Source: Eledone cirrhosa (taxonomy: Eukaryota). From it: DNA of 64,000 nucleotides. The DNA lies in contig OZ024741.1 of NCBI GenBank assembly GCA_964016885.1, positions 212,908,001 to 212,972,000 of the forward strand. Reading direction: 5' to 3'. The number at the start of each line of letters is the position of its first letter. The stretch's first letter is position 1. Positions 27,746 to 42,143 of the stretch are shown one piece after another. A program made the translations under genes and the position numbers. The notes beneath the pieces were generated by a model that was given only the letters and a program-made list of their open reading frames with translations, made no database searches and was not told the origin of the DNA.

Positions 27746-28027
27746 TTCTCTCTATTGATCTTTCTCTCCCACGTTATTTCTCCTTATGCGTGTCTCTCTT
27801 CTTTCTATAATCATTTATCCATATACTTTCTTCTCTCTATATTTTTCTCTGTATTCATTTCTCTTTTTTCTTTTTCTTTCTATTTTTCTTTTTCTTTTAC
27901 TTTTTCTTTCTCTCTTTTTTTTTCTTTCTTCCTTTCTTTCTTTTTTTTTCTCTATTTTTATTATTAATATTATTATTCATGATGGAATTTGAATTTGTAA
28001 ATTTGCCGGTTATATATAATTTTTGTA

Positions 28028-28139
28028 ATAGTTTCTGATGATCTGATTGAGCTAACATCGTATTTGAAATTGAGTGGCACTGCTTCGAGTGTTCAGCAAT
28101 TTTTAGACAACTTAATCCGAGAAACAATTGCTAGACTGT
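28028..28139 (+). ncRNA. Type I hammerhead motif at the 3' end of the second Naiad-like element (cleavage triplet mutated)
   Basis: atagttt CTGATGA tctgattgag...cttaatccga GAAA caattg ct agactgt, then AATAAA; homologous to 37173-37283. Confidence 0.7.
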
Positions 28140-28356
28140 AAATAAATCTCCTTTTTTGTACTGTTGACCATGTTATTCTCCACTTTTTCAATTTTATTAC
28201 TCCAAGATAAACTTACATAGGAATACAAGTGAAATCATAACCTCGCCATCTACGTAAACCTCTTGTTGAGTCAAACAACGCCGTACGCTAAAACTACCCA
28301 TAATAAGAAGTATTCACAACCTCTAACTAGATTACCTCTAACGATATTTTGTTATC

Positions 28357-28498
<142 letters not shown>

Positions 28499-28740
28499 GT
28501 AGGTTATTTATAAAATCCCATAACTGCAGTCACTTGCTATAAATAATATCTTAGAATATCGGATAAAACACGTCTATAGACAAATAAATTGGCCACCAGC
28601 CACTAGAGAGAATCGAAATCTCTACCTCTAAAATTTCATTTCAATTTAAGCCGAAATTTGAGAGATACGTAGTTAAATTCTCTGTTGCAGATACTGTTCC
28701 CTTTTTCTGTCAACGTGGGTAATCTACCCGATTTTTTAAG

Positions 28741-28889
28741 CCATTATTTATGGCAACCGAGTTCCATCCTTACGGGCTTGATAAAATAAAGTACCTGTCA
28801 CGCACTAGGGTCGATTTGCTCGACTTTCCTCTCCCCCACAATTGCTGGCCTTGTACCTATGTGAGAATCCATTATTTATGGCAACCGAG
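28741..28889 (+). mobile_element. 5'-truncated SINE (long 3' variant) with 21-bp flanking direct repeat
   Basis: ccattatttatggcaaccgag at 28741-28761 and 28869-28889 flanking the core and tail. Confidence 0.8.
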
Positions 28890-30115
28890 GGTAGCTATAT
28901 TTATTTTCTACGTTCGCGATTTTCTACATTTCCTAATATTTTCAAATCACTCGGTGCTTCGTTGAATTGTGTGTGTGTGTGTGTGTGTGAAGCCAGATAC
29001 TGTAGGTGAATCGGCGTAGCATTACTTTAGTATTTGATCTGGCGATTTCTTAGATCAATTCCCATGGAGTTCAGCTCTGCCTTTTACCTCTTCGAATTTC
29101 ATATATAAATTACCCATCCAGTAGTTGGGGTCCATACTAATTTTATCTCTCTTTCCCTCTATCCCTTTTTTTCTCCATAATATTCTTTCAGAAATGTGCT
29201 GTGTTCAGGCCTGGTCATGGATGAACTCTGTTAGTTTTAAAATGCTCTAGACACTTGGGAGGGAAAATGCGTGTCATCATGTTCTGGAAGTTGAGCTCAC
29301 AATCGTTAGGTTTTGGATTCTATTGCTGGTCCGGGCGGCTGCTAGTTTTGTCTTTGTGCAGGATATCAAAATACATTGCCTCCTGACACTCAGCTGAGCA
29401 TAATTAGCGGCAGCAGCTGGTGTACCACCCCATTGGTTGTAGAGGGCTGTATTGTTATTAAGTAACCGAGAGATGATCTTGTCCTCTCGATTACTGAAAT
29501 CAAATGAATCAGGGATAAGTTCCGGCCTAAAGAGATTCTGATCTTAGAAGAAACTCATATCCATATACTTAGGGAGACCCAATTTACAATAGAAAAGAAA
29601 CCAAAATGAACTAAGAGTCAGATGAGACCGAGGACCATGTTTCCACTGAGCATACTATCTTCCTGGTATAATATCTCACCTGAAGTTTCCACACATATCC
29701 AGTAACAGCAGGTGGAACATGATCTCAGAATGCAAAGTATCGGATAAAATAACGCAACAGCATCCCGCTTTCACAATGTCATTTTTCCATCGGCAAACCC
29801 TCGAGTGGTACTTCCTAATTCATTCATTGAAACCCGAAAAGACTAAACGAAAATTGTCGCATCAGCAAGATATGAACTCAGAACGAAGAGAACCTGAACA
29901 AATATTCTGCCACCGACTCTGCCAACTCACCTGCAGTAAGTTGGTTTTGTATATGGAAAGGAAAGCCACAGTATTTGGCCAACGATGTGATTTCGAAACC
30001 CAAAGGCTGACCGCATTTGTCCGTCCAGGAGCTTATATATTCAAAGAATTAGGGACGATTATCTATATTAAAAATACGATGAAGACACTAGCTTTGAGTT
30101 AATATTGATTTCAAA

Positions 30116-30563
<448 letters not shown>

Positions 30564-31044
30564 CACACACACATATATATATATATGTATGTATATATGT
30601 ATGTACGTGTGTGTGTTGTGTATGTAAAAGGTAAACAGAAATAACAATTCAAACGGCACAGTGCATGGAAAAAATACATTAGTTTAACGCTTGAAATAGC
30701 AGGAAGAGAGTCTCAACATTCACACCCTAGTGGTTCATCAGAAGAAAGAGTTAGAAGGGAAGGAGAAAGTGGAAAGAACGGAGTAAAATGGGTAATATAT
30801 ATATATAAATATATATTCAGCGAGAATCGTATTTCGGCTGGTAGAAAAAGCGAAACAAAACGCAAAATCGTAGAAATGGAGGCAAGCGCTCTAATAGTTA
30901 AGAAAAACTAGAACTAAACAATATGTTAAAATGCCATACAAACTGAAAAGTGGTCAATAAGGCATTAACCACCTAAGCCAAAAAACAAGTCAAGCTAAAC
31001 AGGTCAAACAAAATAAATGATATATATACATATATATATATAAT

Positions 31045-32256
<1,212 letters not shown>

Positions 32257-33001
32257 ATATATATACATATATATATAAAAGTGGATGAATACTTCAACAG
32301 ATACTATGTACTTGTAGAAATATGCAAGTTGTTTATAATATTTGTGGTTCAATGGTACTAATTCGAGACACCAGAACAATATAAAAAGTTGCGGAGCAAG
32401 CGGTTATCAAACAATTCTTTAAATAAATTAAAAAACGATTTAAATAATCACCCGTTCTGTTGCTGTTACCGACGGTTCCATCATTCCAAAAGATTGGAGA
32501 TCCAGAGAACTTCCAATGGAAAGAAATGAATCTTCAGACAGCCTATTTCCACACCATAAGGTTGCAAGCCCTATAGTAAGTAAATATTTCGCTTCCTGCC
32601 CACCGCATGCGGTCAAGCCGTTAAAATGACACACACGCAAAATCAGGTCGCTGATAACTTTTTATATATATATATATATCGTGACTAATCCCACTGAAAA
32701 GTTTCGTGAAATAGTATTTTTAAGACTATATAGAGCATTTGTAGTTTTTCTAAATTGAAGGATGAGTATTTAAACTTTATTTTATTCTGAGTTAAGCCTC
32801 GATTGGTTTTTTCCCTGGATTTCACAAAATCTGTGGATTTTTTTAATTGAGTTTGAATTTGTAATTTTTTTTTAATTGAGTTTGAATTATTTTCCCATAT
32901 CTTACGTTAAATATTTTCCATTTTGACGTTATAGTCACTTATATATTATGAAAAACTTTTGGCTTCTTTCTCACATTAATTTCTCTACTTTTATCTATCT
33001 C

Positions 33002-33035
<34 letters not shown>

Positions 33036-33802
33036 AATATATATATGTTTTTTTCGGTTTAGTTCCATATGATGGAAATTATGAATATGTACCTCATTGA
33101 CTACTGCTTTTAATACTGTAGTTTACCCTTCGTTCAATATGTGGATAGCGTAACTGTGACATTAGGACCCCTTTCAGAACTTCTTACTTAAACATCTCTC
33201 TGCATATTATTTACTCACTTCAATCTATATGTTTTTTTACTCACCTCAATCCGGATTCTCACTTGAAAATATTTTTAATTTCTAATTGTTAATTTTTTAA
33301 TTTTTCAATTTTTTTATTTTTTTATTTATAATTTCTGATATTTGATTTAGGATTTTGGATTTTAAATTTTAATTTTTATTTCCAACTCTCACTCGTAACT
33401 TCCAAACTTCCAATGTAAAACCATGATACCTAGAATTAAGTATATTTTCTCTTAGGGGTTGATGGTCAGATGTACAGTCCATGCTTGGTGAGAGTTAGTA
33501 TTGAGACCTGTAAATGCTAACACTCTCCCATCCCCACTGGCTTTCGGCTGACTGCCACAGACGGGATGGGTAGCAGTAAACTATGGTACAGGTGTTTGGC
33601 TGAATGGGGGAACAGACTAAGCGAATTTCTTTGAAATCTGCGGTAGCTAATGGTCAACTTCCTTCGGACATGCGCCTGCGCAGACCGGTGGGGGTGAATT
33701 GGTTCTCACAGGGATGAAGAACCCAAAAGCACACACTTCGTCCGTTCCCATGTCGATTCAATTTGGATTGCCTCGGAAACATAACCTTATTATGTAACAA
33801 GC

Positions 33803-33990
33803 TGTGGTGGATTGGCAGTATCGGTAGAGGGTTGAACGCCATGCTTTCTAGCATAGTTACGTCCCTTTACGGTCTGAGTTCAAATCCCGTCGAGGTTAAC
33901 TTTGCCTTTCATCCTTACGGGGTCGATAAAATAAAGTACCAGTAATATACTGGGATAATTGCTGGCCTGGTGCCAAAAGTAGAAACAATT
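33803..33990 (+). mobile_element. tRNA-derived SINE with 16-bp TSD
   Basis: Full head, core and tail; ttatgtaacaagctgt at 33790-33805 and 33989-34004. Confidence 0.9.
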
Positions 33991-34120
33991 ATGTAACAAG
34001 CTGTCTGACGATGTCGCGACACTCGCACAGAGAACAGTGTGGCCAGTGTCGTCATTGAAATATATATCACAGCATAATTATTAAACGACTTGAACATCTG
34101 AAACTACTTCGCTTTTCCTT

Positions 34121-34228
<108 letters not shown>

Positions 34229-34619
34229 AGATGAATAGCATGTATTAATCAAATGACCATCTTCTTGCAATGTGCACGCTGATTTGGCCAGAGAGTAGCC
34301 CTAACCAGATAGCGTGTCTTTGAAACACTTAACCGTCTACACACTACTTTTATAAAGCAGAACTCTTGCTGAAAAGGTGAAACAAATGAATAACCGTCGT
34401 TGAAACCGACTGAGGACCCGACATTCGCATCATCATCATCATGATCATCATCATCAATTTCTCAAATAGGAATTCAATTGATTGAAGGAATGATTAGTTA
34501 ACGTCGATACTGACGGAGAACCAGCAACAATTTCTGCTCAAGCAAAGCTATTAACAAAAATTTCATAAATCACGTTTAGAAATTCTATTTTCAGGTAATG
34601 CGGTAGAAGTAATGGTATA

Positions 34620-35020
34620 AGTGGTTGTGGTAGTGGTAGTAGTGATTGTGCTGGTGGTGGTGGCGGTGGTGGAAGTAGTAGTGGTGGTGGCAGTGGTGGC
34701 AGTGGTGGTAGTAGTGGTGGTGGTGGTGGTGGTGGCTGTGGTGGTGGTGGTGATGGTGGTGGTGGTGGTGATGATGGCAGTGGTGGTGTTGGTGGTGGTG
34801 GTGGTAGTGATGGTGGTGGTGGTAGTGGTGGTGGTCGTGGTGGCAGTGGTGGTGGTCGTGGTGGCAGTGGTGGTGGTGGTGGCAGTGTACGGTGAATGGT
34901 GGTGATTTTGATGGTTGTTTCAAAGGTAATATTCTTTTATTAATTATGGTTATGCATATGAGACTTCTGATGATGATGATAGTGATGATGGTGGTGGTGG
35001 TGATGGTGATGTTGATGGCC
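34620..35020. repeat. (GTG/GTA/GAT)n trinucleotide field
   Basis: Degenerate GTG repeat producing spurious poly-V and poly-H ORFs. Confidence 0.9.
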
Positions 35021-35089
35021 CCGTTGATGATATGTTGATAACGACAGTACTGCTGTTTCTGCTGCTACGTCTGATATTAATCTAACTAA

Positions 35090-35281
35090 TAATTGTTTCT
35101 ACTTTTGGCACAAGGCCAGCAATTAACCAGTGCATTACTTGTACTTTATTTTATCGACCCCGTAAGGATGAAAGGCAAAGTCAACCTCGGCGGGATTTGA
35201 ACTCAGATCGTAAAGGGACGTAACTATGCTGAAAAGCATGGCGTCCGACCCTCTACCGATACTGCCAATCCACCACCCCTT
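35090..35281 (-). mobile_element. tRNA-derived SINE with TSD
   Basis: Reverse complement of the full SINE; taatctaactaataat repeated on both sides. Confidence 0.9.
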
Positions 35282-35652
35282 AGTAATCTAACTAATAATA
35301 TATACTATATAAATGTAAGGCGAAGAAGACAGGTAACGAACCATTACACCTGGCATCCGGGATATTCGGGAAGCAGCTAAAGCAATGTTCCTCGATACCT
35401 TAGAAAATGTATTCTTAATTGATTTTGATAATGCAAAACCTATTGTTGCAGTTTGAATATCGATCGGAGTGCGTCTGCAACGTTACCTCTTCGATCAATC
35501 TACCAATTAGCTTTAACATTGCGTTTTTCACCTCGTATTGATTAACCAACACGAGAACATCTCTTCTCCCCACCTTCTCTTCCTCCTCCTCTACACTTTC
35601 TCCTTCCCTTTCTCCTTCTCATTCTCTTTCATTCTCTCTCTACTCTCTCTCC

Positions 35653-35719
<67 letters not shown>

Positions 35720-35746
35720 CACATATATATATATGTGTATATATAT

Positions 35747-35793
<47 letters not shown>

Positions 35794-35799
35794 TGTGTG

Positions 35800-35864
<65 letters not shown>

Positions 35865-35882
35865 ATATACATATATATCTAC

Positions 35883-35942
<60 letters not shown>

Positions 35943-35958
35943 ATATATATATATATAT

Positions 35959-36050
<92 letters not shown>

Positions 36051-36923
36051 CATAAATCACGCTATCTCTCCGAGATATTCTCACCCTCTATATATAAATC
36101 GCGCTCTCTCTCCGAGATACTGTCACCCTCTATATACATATCACCTTCTCCCTCTATCTCTCTCTCTCTTTATATACACACATAAATCACGCTCTCTCTC
36201 TCCAAGATATTCTCTCTCTTTCTCCGAATGTTTGCACTTTGCTAATCCATCTCCTCCTCTTCTTCATCTCTTTCTGTCTGAATTTCCTCCTCTATCAGTC
36301 TCTCAGTCCTTCCCCCTCTCCCTCTGTCCTTCTCCTTCTCTCTCTCTCCCTCTCCCCGTCTCTCTCTCTCTCCCCTCTCTCTATCTATCTAGTTACATCC
36401 CACCTATCTCCACCATGTATTTCTCACATTTCTCTTAAGATTACTTTGATTTTATCAGGAAATCACGAAGAGGTGTTAGTATGGTGTGTCTGTGTGTGTA
36501 TCTGTGTATGTTAGTATGATATGTGTGTGTGTGCGTGTGAATGGCGTGTGTATGTGAGTGTGAATGGCGTGTGTATGTGAGTGATGTGTGTGAGTGTGCG
36601 TTATGTGAATGGTGCGTGTGTGTGTGTGTGTATTCGTATGAATGGTGTGTTTGTGTTTGAATGTTGTGTGTGCAGGTGTGAATCGTGTGTGTGTGTGTGT
36701 GTGAATGATGTGTGTGTTGTGTGCCAGCGTGTGTATGTGTGCGTGTATGTATGTGTGCCTAGTTGTAGTGCAGGTATTGAAGATGTGTGCGTGTATCTAT
36801 GTATGTGAACAGGTGTGCATGGGATAGCGATATATTTCTGTGTAAACATACAAATGTTATGCATACGGCTTCACTCAAATACACACACACACGAACACAA
36901 TCACACACGCACACACACAAACA

Positions 36924-37006
<83 letters not shown>

Positions 37007-37172
37007 GGGGGGGGGGGGGTTACACACATGCTAAAGAATTTCGCATCGCATTCACGTTGCTTCGGTTTCAGTCCCAATGTGTGCCACCTTCTGCAAATGT
37101 CATATTGTAGTCTCAGGTTAACAAGTACCTTTCCAACGGAATATGACAGACGATGTATGTATATATATGTAT

Positions 37173-37283
37173 GTATTCTGATGATTTGATCAGAGACACT
37201 CTCTGTATTTAAGGTCGAGTGATGCAATTTCGAGTGATTACCGGCCTTTAGACTCACCTGATCAATGAAACAATTGTTAATAC
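37173..37283 (+). ncRNA. Type I hammerhead ribozyme with large loop II insertion (solo pLTR end)
   Basis: gtatt CTGATGA tttgatcag...(about 65 nt)...ctgatcaat GAAA caatt GTT aatac; AATAAA at 37288; tail to about 37340 homologous to 28140-28190. Confidence 0.8.
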
Positions 37284-37711
37284 TGTAAATAAAACCCTTT
37301 TTGTACAACCGACCATGTTATTCTTCACACTTTCACTACTATGTATGTATATATATATATATGATAACAGATTAAAGTTTAAGCAAAGAATCACTGCTTT
37401 CACGCTTAACGGAATCTTCTGAAAAAGAGGTTATTTTACGGGTTTATATACATATATATACATATATATATAAGTATGCATGTATACGTACATACATATA
37501 TGTATACAGACGTACAGTAGCATGCATATATATATATATATATACATATATATACATACATATGCATACAGGTACACATACATATATGCACGTATCAGTT
37601 TAGCGGCGCTAACGTCGCTTTGTTCGTTTGTAAACAAACTGAACAGCCTGAATTTATGCCATACGGTGTTAAGGCAACCACGTCACCTTTTTTGTTCAAC
37701 ACTGACACAGG

Positions 37712-37756
37712 AACGATGTACTAGTTTCAAGCTTGTTAGCTATCATCAGCACCGTT
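37712..37756 (-). ncRNA. Minimal type I hammerhead ribozyme (family A, inverted arm)
   Basis: Exact reverse complement of 38280-38324. Confidence 0.88.
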
Positions 37757-38279
37757 TACCCATCTGCCAGATAGTTGAACGTTCGAAAGTATATACTTTC
37801 CTTATGAAAATTAACGGTGATGATAGCTAACAAGCTTGAAACTAGTACATCGTTCCTGTGTCAGTGTTGAACAAAAAGGTGACGTGGTTGCCTTAACACC
37901 GTATGGCATAAATTCAGGCTGTTCAGTTTGTTTACAAACGAACAAAGCGACGTTAGCGCCGCTAAACTGATACGTGCATATATGTATGTGTACCTGTATG
38001 CATATGTATGTATATATATGTATATATATATATATATATGTGCATGCTACTGTACGTCTGTATACATATATGTATGTACGTATACATGCATACTTACATT
38101 TAAGTAAGTGCCATACTAAGAGTGAGAAATGAAATTTCGTTTTCATTTTGTTTCAATATATCGTTTTCGGTATGCCTGACCGATTTAACTCACTCAATAT
38201 GCAAATTAGGCTGCTCAGCCGTTAATTTTCATAAGGAAAGTATATACTTTCGAACGTTCAACTATCTGGCAGATGGGTA

Positions 38280-38324
38280 AACGGTGCTGATGATAGCTAA
38301 CAAGCTTGAAACTAGTACATCGTT
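38280..38324 (+). ncRNA. Minimal type I hammerhead ribozyme (family A)
   Basis: Stem I aacggtg/catcgtt, core CTGATGA 38287-93, stem II agct/agct, GAAA 38308-11, palindromic stem III actagt, GUA triplet. Confidence 0.9.
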
Positions 38325-38753
38325 CCTGTGTCAGTGTTGAACAAAAAGGTGACGTGGTTGCCTTAACACCGTATGGCATAAATTCAGGCTGTTCAGTTTG
38401 TTTACAAACGAACAAAGCGACGTTAGCGCCGCTAAACTGATACGTGCATATATGTATGTGTACCTGTATGCATATGTATGTATATATATGTATATATATA
38501 TATATATATATATGTGCATGCTACTGTACGTCTGTATACATATATGTATGTACGTATACATGCATACTTACATTTAAGTAAGTGCCATACTAAGAGTGAG
38601 AAATGAAATTTCGTTTTCATTTTGTTTCAATTTATCGTTTTCGGTATGCCTCACCGATTTAACTCACTCAATATGCAAATTAGGCTGCTCAGCCGTTAAT
38701 TTTCATAAGGAAAGTATATACTTTCGAACGTTCAACTATCTGGCAGATGGGTA

Positions 38754-38798
38754 AACGGTGCTGATGATAGCTAACAAGCTTGAAACTAGTACATCGTT
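38754..38798 (+). ncRNA. Minimal type I hammerhead ribozyme (family A)
   Basis: Identical to 38280-38324. Confidence 0.9.
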
Positions 38799-39221
38799 CC
38801 TGTGTCAGTGTTGAACAAAAAGGTGACGTGGTTGCCTTAACACCGTATGGCATAAATTCAGGCTGTTCAGTTTGTTTACAAACGAACAAAGCGACGTTAG
38901 CGCCGCTAAACTGATACGTGCATATATGTATGTGTACCTGTATGCATATGTATGTATATATATGTATATATATATATATATGTGCATGCTACTGTACGTC
39001 TGTATACATATATGTATGTACGTATACATGCATACTTACATTTAAGTAAGTGCCATACTAAGAGTGAGAAATGAAATTTCGTTTTCATTTTGTTTCAATT
39101 TATCGTTTTCGGTATGCCTCACCGATTTAACTCACTCAATATGCAAATTAGGCTGCTCAGCCGTTAATTTTCATAAGGAAAGTATATACTTTCGAACGTT
39201 CAACTATCTGGCAGATGGGTA

Positions 39222-39266
39222 AACGGTGCTGATGATAGCTAACAAGCTTGAAACTAGTACATCGTT
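39222..39266 (+). ncRNA. Minimal type I hammerhead ribozyme (family A)
   Basis: Identical to 38280-38324. Confidence 0.9.
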
Positions 39267-40614
39267 CCTGTGTCAGTGTTGAACAAAAAGGTGACGTGGT
39301 TGCCTTAACACCGTATGGCATAAATTCAGGCTGTTCAGTTTGTTTACAAACGAACAAAGCGACGTTAGCGCCGCTAAACTGATACGTGCATATATGTATG
39401 TGTACCTGTATGCATATGTATGTATATATATGTATATATATATATATATGTGCATGCTACTGTACGTCTGTATACATATATGTATGTACGTATACATGCA
39501 TACTTACATTTAAGTAAGTGCCATACTAAGAGTGAGAAATGAAATTTCGTTTTCATTTTGTTTCAATTTATCATATATATATATATATATGTAGGAGGTG
39601 AGTTTTATTGTAGTACAATAAAGCAATGCAGATATTTTTTTTAATATATACTCATATATTCTTTAAAATATACCCATCTACCTTACTTTAAAGGGCATTA
39701 TACACTCTATAATACCCGTTTACTCATCACCCTCATTATATCTCCTCGTAAAACAATAACATTTGTTTTTGACATTTTGAGTATTCATCCGCAATCATTA
39801 TTATTTTTTCTCTCTATCATAAATCTTTTTAATCTCAATTTCATCCTTAATTTATTATTATTTTTTTCTCCCCATCAACGAACTCATTATTAATACATAT
39901 GAATTCAATATAAAAACTTTAACTTCACATTATTTTTCTCAAATCCTTCTACACATAAACCTTTTCTCTTTGCTAATTTTAAAATTCCTACATTTCTTCT
40001 TTTGACGTTAGAATATTCACCCACAATTATTATTTTTTTCTCTCTATCTCCATACATAATTTCCCTTCGTTATTTTTTTTTTCTCTCTATCTCCATACAT
40101 AATTTCCCTTCGTTAATTTTCAAATTCCTTTAATTTATACATTATCTTCCAACGGTTCCCAACCTCTCTATATTAAAACATTATATCTTTTTCTCAGTTA
40201 TAAAAACTATCTCTTTCTCTCTATCACCCATCTCTCCCTTTCCACCTTCACTCTCATCTCCTCCCCTTTTTTTCATCCTTTCCACCCCCACCCCTCCCTA
40301 AATATAATATATTTTTTCCTCGCACATATCCTCCCTTCGTTAATTTTCAAAATTTTTAATTTATACAGTATCTTCCAACGGTTTTCAACCCCTCTATATA
40401 AAATATATCTCCTCTCAGTTATAAAAACTATCTCTTTCTCTCTATCACCCATCTCTCCCTCTCATCTCCTTCCCTTTTCATCCTTTTCTCTCCCCCCCTC
40501 TCTAAATAAAATATTTTTCCCAATATCACACATCAATCTAAAACCACTTTTCATATGTTGATTTAAAACTGCACTATCAACAAGTGTTTTTTTAGCCTTC
40601 ATATCATGTTCTCC

Positions 40615-40685
40615 TGTTTTATCTGATGAAAACACAAATATTATTGTTTGATGATGTTTGTTTTTGAAATGCGCATAATAAAATA
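40615..40685 (+). ncRNA. Type I hammerhead ribozyme at the end of a pyrimidine-rich pLTR-like tract (about 39600-40720)
   Basis: tgttttat CTGATGA aaacacaaata...tgtttgttttt GAAA tgcgc ATA ataaaata; palindromic stem III atgcgcat. Confidence 0.8.
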
Positions 40686-40787
40686 TATTGAACTCCTTTA
40701 ACCATCTTTTGATCTTATATTATATATATATATATATTCATAATCCTTATCGAGTCCTCTTCGGATTTTAGTCTTTATATTTATTAT

Positions 40788-40825
<38 letters not shown>

Positions 40826-41674
40826 TTATAATTGGGGAGGGTCATATTGTTGTAATAATTGTTTCTACTTTAGGCACACGGCCAGCAATTATCCAGTGCA
40901 TTACTGGTACTTTATTTTATCGACCCCGTAAGGATGAAAGGCAAAGTCAACCTCGGCGGGATTCGAACTCAGATCGTAAAGGGACGTAACTATGCTGGAA
41001 AGCATGGCGTCGGACCCTCTACTCATACTGCCAATCCAATGGTTTCTCATATAGGCACAAGGCCAGTAATTTGGGGGGAGGGGAAAATCGATTAAATCGA
41101 CACCAGTGCGTGACTGGTACTTTATTTTATCGACCCCATAAGGATGAAAGGCAAAGTTGACCTCGGCGGGATTTGAGCTCAGATCATAAAGAGCCGTAAC
41201 TCTATGCTGCAAAGCATGGTGTCCTACCCTCTACCGATACTGCCAAACCACCGCCCTTATTGTTGTAATAATATTGCCAGAATTAATAACAGAACACACT
41301 CACTGTTAGGTTGGTTCTCGCATCTGTATCTTTTATATCGGTTAATTCATTCGGTCCTCAATGTGTACCATTGACTGACCTACGGTCAAAAATACAGATA
41401 TAATATAGATATAAACATATAGGAGGAACATAATAACACCACTGTTGATGTTGCAGATGTGCAACGAAAGAACTTTGTTAGACTATATATATATGTTTAT
41501 ATCTATATTATATCTGTATTTTTGACCGTTGGTCAGTTAATGGAAAACATTGAGGACCGAATGAATTAAATGATATGAAAGACACAGAAGCGAAAACCAA
41601 CCAAACCCGTGAGTGTGTTCTGTTATTAATTCTGGCAATATTATTATAACAATATGACCCTCCCCAAGAATAAC
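40826..41674. repeat. Fold-back element (about 195-bp arms) interrupted by a SINE dimer
   Basis: After removing the SINE, 40826-40859 plus 41273-41421 is the reverse complement of about 41487-41674 (ggggagggtcatattgtt / aacaatatgaccctcccc). Confidence 0.8.
40860..41257 (-). mobile_element. Dimeric SINE with a single 15-bp TSD
   Basis: Two head-to-tail SINE units (41257-41039 long variant, 41038-40860 short variant); TSD tattgttgtaataat at 40845-40859 and 41258-41272. Confidence 0.88.
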
Positions 41675-41733
41675 AATATTTGTTTCGACATACGATTTCA
41701 TATCAAAATCCTCGCAAAACAAATTCATCGCCG

Positions 41734-41857
<124 letters not shown>

Positions 41858-41954
41858 GTATATAAATATATATATATATCCAGACAGCTTCCAAAAGTTA
41901 TGGTCTCATCTGATAGGGTACGTCAAAATTATTTATAAAACTGTTTATATATTG

Positions 41955-42019
41955 TATTTTGTCTGATGAAGGCATACCATATTTTAATTTGGTATCCCTG
42001 AAATATGTATAATGAAATA
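41955..42019 (+). ncRNA. Type I hammerhead ribozyme (family C; element about 41878-42060 in TA repeats)
   Basis: tattttgt CTGATGA aggcatacca...tggtatccct GAAA tatgt ATA atgaaata; homologous to 44447-44802. Confidence 0.8.
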
Positions 42020-42077
42020 AATATGGTTTTATAAATATAGTTTCCATTTATTTAATATCGTATATATATATATATAT

Positions 42078-42143
<66 letters not shown>

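Larger units (their letters stand above)
37471..39572 (+). mobile_element. HHR repeat family A array 2 (inverted arm plus about 3.7 tandem monomers of 468-474 nt; retrozyme-like)
   Basis: Inverted arm 37471-37817; near-identical head-to-tail units (periods 474 and 468), no protein motif, one HHR per unit; (TA)n flanks. Confidence 0.92.

Noticed and set aside
29675-29935. Two minus-strand CAG|GTGAG donor-like sites in non-repetitive sequence
   Set aside because: No convincing reading frame, acceptor pairing or protein similarity; cannot support an exon call without RNA-seq.
30690-30752. Further HHR on the minus strand (CTGATGA at about 30735-30741); similar lone cores near 9165 and 12354
   Set aside because: The GAAA core and stem III cannot be completed, so these were not counted as ribozymes.
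33803-33895. tRNA gene
   Set aside because: The A and B boxes belong to a SINE head followed by core, tail and TSD; there is no complete cloverleaf.
34591-34923. Poly-His or poly-Val protein
   Set aside because: Translation of a (GTG)n field.
38215-38415. 66-aa minus-strand ORF repeated in each family A monomer
   Set aside because: It starts at TTG, has no recognisable motif and is antisense to the HHR; its recurrence follows from repeat identity.
37818-39572. CRISPR-like or satellite array
   Set aside because: There are no unique spacers and the context is eukaryotic; dispersed loci with HHRs fit a mobile element better than a satellite.
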